From: Vampirovibrionales bacterium | GTDB taxonomy: Bacteria; Cyanobacteriota; Vampirovibrionia; Vampirovibrionales; JAJTHC01 | Length of the DNA: 47,737 bases | Direction: 5' to 3' | Assembly (NCBI GenBank): GCA_044371965.1 | Contig: JBILSS010000002.1 | Coordinates: 1 to 47,737, forward strand | In this document: piece by piece, positions 9,524 to 17,313 of the stretch | Layout of the letters: each line of letters opens with the position of its first letter | Position numbering within the stretch: position 1 is the stretch's first letter | Made by a program: the position numbers and the translations under genes | The notes under the pieces: model-generated | Database searches by the model: none | What the model was told of the DNA's origin: nothing | What the model saw: the letters and a program-made list of their open reading frames with translations, nothing else

Positions 9524-9838
9524 ATGTCTTTTGGACTTCCGTCAAATGTGATTGAACAAGTTTGTGCTGTCTTTCAAGCCTTCCCCGAAGTCGAAGTGGT
9601 GAAAGTCTTTGGCTCACGAGCAGAAGGGACGCATCGTCTAGGATCCGATGTGGATCTTGCTCTTTTTGGCGACTTGAGTTTTGAAACACTCGCTCAAATC
9701 GCCGATGTCCTTGAAGAACTTCCCACTCCTTACCGTTATGATGTAACGGCGTATGAAAGCTTGACGCATGAGGATCTTAAATCGCACATTGATCGAGTGG
9801 GATTAACCTTGTATAAAAAATCAAGCTCAAACGAATGA
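9524..9838 (+). CDS. Minimal nucleotidyltransferase (MNT) antitoxin
   Basis: GSRAEGTHRLGSDVDLALF (GS...DxD polymerase-beta-type NTase motif). The ATG directly abuts the HEPN stop (TAAATG). Confidence 0.88.
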   Translation: MSFGLPSNVIEQVCAVFQAFPEVEVVKVFGSRAEGTHRLGSDVDLALFGDLSFETLAQIADVLEELPTPYRYDVTAYESLTHEDLKSHIDRVGLTLYKKSSSNE

Positions 9839-9920
9839 TTTACGGCGTTGTACCTTGCAGGACTCGCCTTATTTTGCTACTCTAAAGGAAGCAAAAATTC
9901 ACTACAGATAAGGATGCCCT

Positions 9921-10619
9921 ATGATTTTCAATCTTTTAAATCCCGCCACCCCTCAATCGTCAAACGATCAAGAACCCCACCCCCTAGACAGCGTCTGCCA
10001 AGACGCCCACGCCTTCTATCAACGAGGCTGGCTCTTCGGTACATCGGGCAATTTTTCCGTACGAGGGCATGAAAGCAATGGGGGCAATGAACATACTTAT
10101 TGGGTCACCGCCAGTGGCTTAGACAAAGGCAACTTAAGCGTAGAAGGTTTCATTCACCTAAGCACGGGTTTGACTTACGTTAACCCCGACGAAACTCGCA
10201 AGCCTTCGGATGAAAGCTTGGTGCATGAAGCCATTTATCAACATATTGAAACGGCTCAAGTGGTGTACCATGTGCATCCGCCGTATGGAACGTGGTTGTC
10301 TCGATACCAAGCCGAAGAAGTGACACTTCTTCGGCTGCCTGCCATTGAAATGATCAAAGGCTTGGGTTTACAGACGCATGAAGTAGAAGTTCCCTTGCCT
10401 GTTCTGCCCAACACACAATCGATGCACGACCTTTGCACGATGCTGGATCCCCTTTGGCATGCCTTGATGATTCCTGCCTTTTTCATTCAAGGACATGGGC
10501 TTTACGCTTGGGGAAGCACCCCACAAGAAGCGAAACGTCATGTGGAAATCCTTGAGTTTCTCTTTCAACAACAAGTTTGGGACAGGCTAGCCGAAGGAAG
10601 CACCCCCCGTGCCGACTAA
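9921..10619 (+). CDS. Class II aldolase/adducin-family protein, MtnB-like (methylthioribulose-1-phosphate dehydratase-like)
   Basis: FYQRGWLFGTSGNFSVR and HVHPPYG motifs typical of the MtnB/class II aldolase fold. Confidence 0.7.
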   Translation: MIFNLLNPATPQSSNDQEPHPLDSVCQDAHAFYQRGWLFGTSGNFSVRGHESNGGNEHTYWVTASGLDKGNLSVEGFIHLSTGLTYVNPDETRKPSDESLVHEAIYQHIETAQVVYHVHPPYGTWLSRYQAEEVTLLRLPAIEMIKGLGLQTHEVEVPLPVLPNTQSMHDLCTMLDPLWHALMIPAFFIQGHGLYAWGSTPQEAKRHVEILEFLFQQQVWDRLAEGSTPRAD

Positions 10620-11733
10620 GCATCTGTGGGTGTTTACAGGCAACCGTGCGGAATACGGTTTGTTGCATCCTTTGTTGGTGGGCTTGGACGATCATACGGA
10701 TTTTGAGGTGACGCTCGTTATTGGAGGTGAACATCTCCACAATGCGGAAAGTTTCGCCGAAACAAAGCAGATAGACGGCATTCATCGGCAGGTGTTGACG
10801 CTCCCTAAAGAAACGTCTTATCACGTTTCGTCGCAAATTAGCTCTCATCAAATCGCCATGACCCACGCTCTGCAAGAGACGTCTTCACCGCCTGATGCTG
10901 TGCTTGTTTTGGGGGATCGTATGGAAGCGATGGGGATTGCGTTGGCGACTTTTTCGCAAGGCTTACCGCTGGTGCATCTTGCGGCGGGGGACATCACCGA
11001 AGGCGGTTGTGTGGATGATCGTCTGCGTTTTGCGATTTCAAGTTTGGCGACTTATGCGGTGTGCTTTTCGCAAAGTAGCCACGCACGGCTTTTGCAACAA
11101 GGCTTGCTAAAGTCGTCTCACGTTTTAAAAAGTCCATCTTTGGCGGTGGACAATGCCTTAAACGTCAGACATAAGCCTTATCAAGCCTTATGTGACGAGC
11201 TGGGATTAGATCCACAAATGCCTTTCGTATTGTTTACGCAACATCCTGTGGGAGCCGAAGGCAAAGCCAGCGTGGATTATTTTAACGCCAGCATCGAGGC
11301 GTTAGTGTCTTTAGAAGGCGTGCAAGTCCTTGCGACCTATCCTAATCAAGATGCGTATGGTGACGATTTTCTAGCGGTGATTGAGCGTTCGCAAAAGACG
11401 CATCCACAGATTCGTTGGGTGCAGCATTTGGGAGCCGAACGCTACCAAACCGCCTTGTATCATTGCGTAGGAGTCGTGGGTAATTCAAGTTCAGGGCTTT
11501 ACGAAACGGCGTTTTACCAAAAGCCGTGCTTGAATATCGGGCATCGTCAAGCAGGTCGGGAACGAGCAAGTAATGTGCTAGATTGTGACTATGGCGTGGA
11601 AGCCGTGACGCAAGGTTTGCATACGCTATTGCACGATGCGACATTTCATCAGCAGGTGAAGGAAGCGAGGTCTCCATTTGGGAATGAAGCCAGTGTGCCT
11701 CATATTGTAGCGTTTTTAGAAGATAAGCTGTGA
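10609..11733 (+). CDS. UDP-N-acetylglucosamine 2-epimerase, hydrolysing (NeuC-like)
   Basis: GTG start overlapping the preceding gene by 11 nt. The N-terminus VFTGNRAEYGLLHPLL and the motifs HLAAGDITEG and GNSSSGLYE match the NeuC-type epimerase pattern. Confidence 0.7.
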   Translation: MPTKHLWVFTGNRAEYGLLHPLLVGLDDHTDFEVTLVIGGEHLHNAESFAETKQIDGIHRQVLTLPKETSYHVSSQISSHQIAMTHALQETSSPPDAVLVLGDRMEAMGIALATFSQGLPLVHLAAGDITEGGCVDDRLRFAISSLATYAVCFSQSSHARLLQQGLLKSSHVLKSPSLAVDNALNVRHKPYQALCDELGLDPQMPFVLFTQHPVGAEGKASVDYFNASIEALVSLEGVQVLATYPNQDAYGDDFLAVIERSQKTHPQIRWVQHLGAERYQTALYHCVGVVGNSSSGLYETAFYQKPCLNIGHRQAGRERASNVLDCDYGVEAVTQGLHTLLHDATFHQQVKEARSPFGNEASVPHIVAFLEDKL

Positions 11734-11764
11734 TGGTTGGTGTCCTTTAGCTAACCCAATTGAC

Positions 11765-11793
11765 GTGACATTCAAAACAAAGTGGTTTATAAT
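11765..11793 (+). promoter_or_regulatory. Candidate sigma70-type promoter for the unknown/PIN pair
   Basis: GTGACA (11765-11770), 17-nt spacer, perfect TATAAT (11788-11793), 38 nt upstream of the ATG at 11832. Confidence 0.35.
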
Positions 11794-11831
11794 GAATTAA
11801 GAAGCAAGTATTATATTTTAGGTTCATTGTC

Positions 11832-12578
11832 ATGACTGCCAAGTTAGATCAAATTAAAAGTATGCTCACATTAGAAATAGATTCTAATACAATTAAGCCT
11901 GCGGATTTTATTAAGATCTTACAATCTTTTGATGAACTCGTAAACATTATCTATGATTCTGTTTTGGGTGAAGAAAAATTGGATTGGCACGTTTCTGTTG
12001 ACAAGGGTAGTGCGTTGATTCAGTACGACTTGCCAACAGACAATATCATTCCTTTCCCCAAGAAAGCAAGAGGGTTGTTTCTAATTAACAAGGGGTTGGA
12101 AAGCTTGGATCGTGACGAGGATTTGCCTGAAGGCTTTCCTCTTGAAGCATTAAAGCCCATTGAACAAATCAGTAAAAACAAGGGTTGTCCTGTTAGGATT
12201 TGGACAGAAAAAGAGAATGTACTTTTAAGTGAAGCCATTATGAAAAATGCCAATGCTCGTCATGTGAGTGACTCTTATCTAGCGTTAGGTACAGTAGAAG
12301 GTACTATTGAAACAATCCAAGCAAGAAATAACTCTTGTACTATTTACGAACCTATTTTAGACAAGCCTATTCGTTGTTTCGGTACGGATGATTTTGTTGA
12401 CTTTGTTGACGAAGCAAATAAGCTCCTCAAAAAACGTGTTGAAATAAGAGGTGAAATCACATACGATCGATTGGGATTCCCAACCAGTGTTCAAGCCTAT
12501 AAGTTGGAAGTTTTACCTACCCTAGACGATGTGCCTCATTTTAAAAAAATGCTAGGGATTCTTAAATATAATGAGTAA
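11832..12578 (+). CDS. Hypothetical 248-aa protein, upstream partner of the PIN nuclease
   Basis: A long AT-rich ORF with its own promoter-like signal. It overlaps the PIN gene by 8 nt (ATGAGTAA). I recognise no motif. Confidence 0.6.
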   Translation: MTAKLDQIKSMLTLEIDSNTIKPADFIKILQSFDELVNIIYDSVLGEEKLDWHVSVDKGSALIQYDLPTDNIIPFPKKARGLFLINKGLESLDRDEDLPEGFPLEALKPIEQISKNKGCPVRIWTEKENVLLSEAIMKNANARHVSDSYLALGTVEGTIETIQARNNSCTIYEPILDKPIRCFGTDDFVDFVDEANKLLKKRVEIRGEITYDRLGFPTSVQAYKLEVLPTLDDVPHFKKMLGILKYNE

Positions 12579-13074
12579 AAAAATAAAAAAACAAAATGTT
12601 TATTGGGATGCCGATTGTTTCTTGTCTTACCTCCAAAGAGAACAAACTTACGAAAATTGTGCAGGTATTTTAGAAGAAGCTCGTGCTGGTAATATCTTAA
12701 TCATTACTTCAGTATTCACAATTACGGAAGTTTTAGGAGGTGGATCTGGCAAGCTAATCACAAGAGAGACGCAAGCAGAAATAGACAAATTTTTCAAATC
12801 GCCTTTCATCACGGTTGTAAATGTAGATAGGTCACTGGCAGAATATGCGAGATCACTTTTTTGGGATTATAAGATCCCTAAGAAAGATAGCATTCATATC
12901 GCAACGGCTTCAATGTGGGAGATACCCATTATTTATACGTTTGATAAGGGAATTATTGAATTTCACAATAAAATCCCTTTTAGGGGAGATGAGTTTAGCT
13001 TTATTGAAATTAAAAATCCTCCTGTCTATAGTAAGCCTGTCTATAGTGAACAAACCAAGTTATTCGAAGTCTAA
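12571..13074 (+). CDS. PIN-domain nuclease (VapC-like)
   Basis: The PIN acidic quartet sits in the expected contexts: VYWDADCF, TITEVL, KKDSIHIATA and YTFDKG. Confidence 0.8.
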   Translation: MSKKIKKQNVYWDADCFLSYLQREQTYENCAGILEEARAGNILIITSVFTITEVLGGGSGKLITRETQAEIDKFFKSPFITVVNVDRSLAEYARSLFWDYKIPKKDSIHIATASMWEIPIIYTFDKGIIEFHNKIPFRGDEFSFIEIKNPPVYSKPVYSEQTKLFEV

Positions 13075-13148
13075 GTCATTAGTGCTTTTGTGTTTCTACG
13101 TAAACTGTTGTAGAATGAGTAAACCACTATTATCGTAAGGAATATGCA

Positions 13149-13817
13149 ATGTTTTTTGGTGTCTATCAACAATTACAACAACAGAATCCCACAGGGGCAA
13201 GCACCCTATTGAGTCCTGAATCTGCCCTATTAGATTGGCCAGCGTCTTTCATCACGCCATGGCAAAGCTTCCCACAAACGCCGACGGTACAATGGTCGCT
13301 AGAAATTGGGGGCGATGTGCAAGACGCCAAGCAAGTCACTTATGTGGAATTAAGTGCGTTGCCAATTACGTATCAAGTCAAACGTTTGGCATCTAAGCAC
13401 GGATGGGCATTTAAAGCGGAATGGCACGGCATTACCGTTCAACAATTGCTCAATCAAGTTTCGCCACAAGGAGATACTAACTTCCTTGAAGTGGAAGACG
13501 TACACGGTCAAACGGCGGTTTTCCCTTTAGCCAGCATTATTAAAAATCAAGCGTTATTGGTCTTGCATCAAGGCACGCAACCCCTTTCCCCATGGCACGG
13601 AGGACCCCTGCGTTTCATGGCGTTTGATTACGTGGCGGAATATAATTTAGGGCAAGTCAAAGCCCTTCGTTTCCTAAAAACGATTAGTAAAGAAGCCAAA
13701 GCCCTAAGTGATGCCCAAATTGTGCCAGCAGGTAAGTATTATTGTTATGATCTCAAAGAACTTAAAGACAACCCTAAAGCAGGGGAACTTAAAGGCTTTC
13801 TAATATCTCAAGGTTAA
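13149..13817 (+). CDS. Sulfite-oxidase-fold (molybdopterin-binding oxidoreductase-like) domain protein
   Basis: WSLEIGG...VTYVELSALP...WHGITVQQLL...GGPLRFM resembles the Oxidored_molyb pattern. No Cys is visible at the expected Mo-ligand position. Confidence 0.5.
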   Translation: MFFGVYQQLQQQNPTGASTLLSPESALLDWPASFITPWQSFPQTPTVQWSLEIGGDVQDAKQVTYVELSALPITYQVKRLASKHGWAFKAEWHGITVQQLLNQVSPQGDTNFLEVEDVHGQTAVFPLASIIKNQALLVLHQGTQPLSPWHGGPLRFMAFDYVAEYNLGQVKALRFLKTISKEAKALSDAQIVPAGKYYCYDLKELKDNPKAGELKGFLISQG

Positions 13818-13820
13818 GAA

Positions 13821-13952
13821 ATGCAACTTTCTAGTATCAAGTTAGGGCTTTACGGTGCCGTAAGGCAAGAAACACCGCAACAGATTCCGCAAGAACTCGA
13901 AAAACGGCTTAAAAAGCACGCTGAAAAAAAAGCCTTTCAAGAAGCCTCTTAA
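13821..13952 (+). CDS. Possible 43-aa small ORF (MQLSSIKLGLYGAVRQETPQQIPQELEKRLKKHAEKKAFQEAS)
   Basis: The ATG lies 3 nt after the preceding stop and the stop lies 7 nt before the next ATG. It is below the ORF-track cutoff and packing is the only support. Confidence 0.25.
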   Translation: MQLSSIKLGLYGAVRQETPQQIPQELEKRLKKHAEKKAFQEAS

Positions 13953-13959
13953 ATACCTA

Positions 13960-14382
13960 ATGAAACACGCTGATTATTTAAATACAACAAATACAACCAC
14001 AATTGCTGGAGTCTTAAAGAATTATCCTATAACTTCAGATGATATTGAAAAGGCTTTACAAAAATACCTCAAAAAGCAAGAAAAACATCTTAAAAAAGAC
14101 TGTCCTTGGACATCTTTCAAAATGTTTGAACTCTTCACAGAAGCTCTTGGTCTTGGCGGCACACTTTGGTACTCTGAAAAATTTCTCAATTCTTCCAGCA
14201 AGCATTCTCCACTCACTTACATTACTGTTGAAACAGCGGCTTTGTTTTCAGGCTTTGTTCTAGGGAAGCTTCCTTCCTTCGTCCTATATGCTTGGAAAAA
14301 GAGTCGCCTAGCCCATAAACAAGAGGGGATCGAAGCCTTGCTTCAAGAGCTAGGGACGTTAGAAACTTCTAATACCATTTAA
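13960..14382 (+). CDS. Hypothetical 140-aa protein with a hydrophobic segment
   Basis: The ORF has a putative TM stretch (ITVETAALFSGFVLGKLPSFVLYAW). The last codons and the stop lie inside repeat copy A. Confidence 0.5.
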   Translation: MKHADYLNTTNTTTIAGVLKNYPITSDDIEKALQKYLKKQEKHLKKDCPWTSFKMFELFTEALGLGGTLWYSEKFLNSSSKHSPLTYITVETAALFSGFVLGKLPSFVLYAWKKSRLAHKQEGIEALLQELGTLETSNTI

Positions 14383-14490
14383 ACGATTAAATAGCGTCTG
14401 GCGTCTTCGTTGTCGCTCGGGTTCTCGATGTGCTTATGCTCGTCTATTTACACGCCTCACAAGCCGTTTGTTTTTCTTTGAAATTTCTCC
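14372..14490 (+). repeat. MITE-like repeat, copy A (modules L + core + R2)
   Basis: ataccatttaaacgattaaatagcgtctggcgtcttcgttgtcgct..., shared with copies B, C and E. The right half tacacgcctcacaagccgtttgtttttctttgaa is shared with copy C. Confidence 0.7.
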
Positions 14491-14598
14491 TTTCTTAATT
14501 AAATGTCGATACTATACCTAGACAAATTAGTGTAGCTATGTTTTAATGGACTTGTCCAATCATAACAATTTCAATCAATGTAAAAAAGAGAATCTAAA

Positions 14599-15264
14599 AT
14601 GAAAAATGTAAGTGCTGAACTTATAATTAAGTCGCCTTTTGACATGACAAAACTGAAAAGTCGTGAAATGGTTGTCAAACCTTTATTGAATTTACGAGCT
14701 ATTTTAAACCACCCTGTTATGGAAAAGAACCCCTTCCCTACTCTAATAAAAATAAAGCCTACAGTTCCTAGCACTCTTGCCAGTTTTGTACCAGACCCTA
14801 ATTATGTAGAACCCTTTTCTCGTTTAAGTGAAGCGGTGAATCAAAAGCTAGATACCTATGCTCCTGAAGTTCATAATAAAGGAGAAAAAATTATAGCGAA
14901 GACAGGGGAAAGAACTCCTTTTAAACAGTATCGATTTTTTTTAGGCAGAACAAGGAATCACTTAAAAGAAATTTTAAACACGGTGATAAAAGACGAAATT
15001 TTGCCACAGGGAGACCCCTTTTTGCTTTTAGTCACAACAGCCCAAGAAAAAGTAAAACAAGATAGAAAAAGGTTTCCACAAGTGTCTGTTTTGAGACAAA
15101 AGTCTATACCACCTAAAGACGTAGAACAAAACATTATTTTTTCCCAACTCGCTGAACTAATGCTTGTATTCAGGTTTCTCGAATTTTCGCCATCCGAAAA
15201 ATTGCTTCAGGAACTTCTTCCCAGTGTCGAAGGCTATGATCCGTTGGATCACCTCCCTTTTTAA
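14599..15264 (+). CDS. Hypothetical 221-aa protein
   Basis: ORF only, AT-rich, with no recognisable motif. Confidence 0.45.
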   Translation: MKNVSAELIIKSPFDMTKLKSREMVVKPLLNLRAILNHPVMEKNPFPTLIKIKPTVPSTLASFVPDPNYVEPFSRLSEAVNQKLDTYAPEVHNKGEKIIAKTGERTPFKQYRFFLGRTRNHLKEILNTVIKDEILPQGDPFLLLVTTAQEKVKQDRKRFPQVSVLRQKSIPPKDVEQNIIFSQLAELMLVFRFLEFSPSEKLLQELLPSVEGYDPLDHLPF

Positions 15265-15269
15265 AAAAA

Positions 15270-16718
15270 CTAAAGCTTGCTGATGAGCCATTCACGCCAA
15301 TTTTGAATATCCACGGCATGAGCAAACAGGTTCGCCAAATCAGGATGCAAAAAGTGAAAGCCCTCGGCTTCCAAACGTCGAGGCAACGCAGGCACGCCTT
15401 CTTCCATTAAGGCATTCACCATGCTTTGCCCCAAAATAGGATACAAAACCCACGCAGGAAGGCTCCCCAAAAAAGGCATTTTCAATGCCGTTGCCCACGA
15501 CTGATGAAACGCCTTCGCTGAAACCACTTCAGGTGCCACGAGGTGATACACTCCCTCACTGCTCGGGTGCCTTAATAGGTGGACGAACGCCCCTAGGGCA
15601 TCTTCAAGACTCATCCACGCCAAGGGATGCGTGCCTGCACCGATGGCTAGCACGCCAGCCCACGAAACAGGGACTGCTTGAGCTTGCATAAAGCCCCCCG
15701 ATTCATCCATAATCACGCTTAAACGAGCATGACAAACTCGTATATTTTCAGCCTTTAGGGGATCCAAACTCGCTTCCCATTTCTGCACCAAATCCCCTAA
15801 GAACGTTTCCGTCGCCAAAGGGGTGGATTCATCATAACGCAGGTCATTGAGTGTCGTTTGAGGGCTATAGCCTGAAATACCACTGGCTCCCACCCACACG
15901 GCAGGACGAAAACCCGATGCCAAGCAGGCATCCACCAAGCGTATGTTCCAATCGACACGGCTTGAAATCAGCCGTGCTTGAGTGGACGCATCCCATTTTT
16001 GCACGATGCTTTCACCGTTGAGGCTCACCACGCCATAGACGTCTTCAAACACAGTGTGCGGAATCTCGCCAGCATCCGTAAGAGTGACAATTTCAACCCC
16101 TTGCCAAGCCGATGCATCGTGTGAAGCGTGCCGTAAAAGCACTCGCACCTGAAAGCCCAAAGCCAGCAAAAACGCCACCAACGGACGCCCCAACATCCCT
16201 GACGCTCCTGTAATTAGGATGCGTTTGCCTTTGAAGCTAGCATCACGCCGAGCCAAGTCATAGCCCGTGATGCGATGCCGAAAGCGAAACATCCGAGCCA
16301 ATTTCGCCTGCACAAAGCCCCCAGCCACCAACGAGGCAATCGGTTCAAAAGGCAAGGCATAGTTGATTCGATCGATGAGTGTGCCGTCGTCCTTCATTTC
16401 GTGGATGTGTTGCCACGACGCAAAAGGCCCTGACGTTTGCGTATCCACAAATTGATGCGGGGGCAAGTACCCATGATGTTCTGCCTTCCACAAAGCCGAA
16501 ATGGCTTTAAGTGGAGGTAAAAGGCGTGTGATCCGCCCCAGTAAGGGGATGCGTATCCAAGCGGTTTGCCCTTCTTCAAGGCTGTGGGGGAGGCGTTCTA
16601 GGCTCACAGGCTCCCACGGCGGGAGTAAGCGTCTGAAGGCTTGGGGGCTTTCATGCCATGCGAATAGGGCGTGGGCATCGGTGTGGAGGAAGGTGGTTTT
16701 TGGGGTGAATTGTGGCAT
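15270..16718 (-). CDS. SRPBCC-domain / TIGR01777-type NAD-dependent epimerase (SDR, DUF1731) fusion protein
   Basis: The N-terminus has a polyketide-cyclase/SRPBCC-like region. The central Rossmann motif is ILITGASGMLGRPL. The C-terminal extension is typical of YfcH/TIGR01777 proteins. Confidence 0.75.
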   Translation of the reverse strand: MPQFTPKTTFLHTDAHALFAWHESPQAFRRLLPPWEPVSLERLPHSLEEGQTAWIRIPLLGRITRLLPPLKAISALWKAEHHGYLPPHQFVDTQTSGPFASWQHIHEMKDDGTLIDRINYALPFEPIASLVAGGFVQAKLARMFRFRHRITGYDLARRDASFKGKRILITGASGMLGRPLVAFLLALGFQVRVLLRHASHDASAWQGVEIVTLTDAGEIPHTVFEDVYGVVSLNGESIVQKWDASTQARLISSRVDWNIRLVDACLASGFRPAVWVGASGISGYSPQTTLNDLRYDESTPLATETFLGDLVQKWEASLDPLKAENIRVCHARLSVIMDESGGFMQAQAVPVSWAGVLAIGAGTHPLAWMSLEDALGAFVHLLRHPSSEGVYHLVAPEVVSAKAFHQSWATALKMPFLGSLPAWVLYPILGQSMVNALMEEGVPALPRRLEAEGFHFLHPDLANLFAHAVDIQNWREWLISKL

Positions 16719-17287
16719 AGGTTTAGCTCGACTTTTTCTTTTGTTTGTGATTCCATAAAAGCGTCTTGAAACAGCTCGTAAAAATAAGACGGACGCATTG
16801 TACCAGACACGGTCAACACATCTTTTGTGCTATTGCGGGTGAATCCCATTTTTTCCAATAATTGCTGAGACGCCACATTGTCTAAGGCGACCGTCGCAAA
16901 AACGCTATGAAGTTTTAAGTCTTCAAAGGCATACGTCAGTAAAGCTTGCGCAAATTCGGACGCATAACCCTTGCCCCAAACAGATTCATCCAGCCAATAG
17001 CCTATTTCCGCACGAGACGCATCCGCTTCGAAATGAAGGCTGACATTGCCGACAAAACGCATGGAATCTTTAAGAAATATGCCCAGTAAAAGATCGGTTT
17101 CGTCCTGAAATGCTTGATCGGCTTTTTGGATCCAAGCGTGTGCATCGCTTTCTTCGTAAGGAAAAGGTAAAATTGCGACCTTCGTGGTGACGTTCGGGTT
17201 TTGTAAAACACGGGTCATTTCAACGGCATCGCTTGTTTCAAGCAGTCGAAGGTAAAGACGCTCTGTCTGAAAGGATTTCTGAAGCAT
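16604..17287 (-). CDS. GNAT-family N-acetyltransferase (RimJ/RimL-like)
   Basis: ERLYLRLLETSD, GYWLDESVWGKGYASE and NVASQQLLEKMGF. About 50 aa of non-domain tail overlaps the next gene. Confidence 0.8.
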   Translation of the reverse strand: MLQKSFQTERLYLRLLETSDAVEMTRVLQNPNVTTKVAILPFPYEESDAHAWIQKADQAFQDETDLLLGIFLKDSMRFVGNVSLHFEADASRAEIGYWLDESVWGKGYASEFAQALLTYAFEDLKLHSVFATVALDNVASQQLLEKMGFTRNSTKDVLTVSGTMRPSYFYELFQDAFMESQTKEKVELNLCHNSPQKPPSSTPMPTPYSHGMKAPKPSDAYSRRGSL

Positions 17288-17313
17288 AGCCTAAGCCCTT
17301 CTATAATTTAAAC

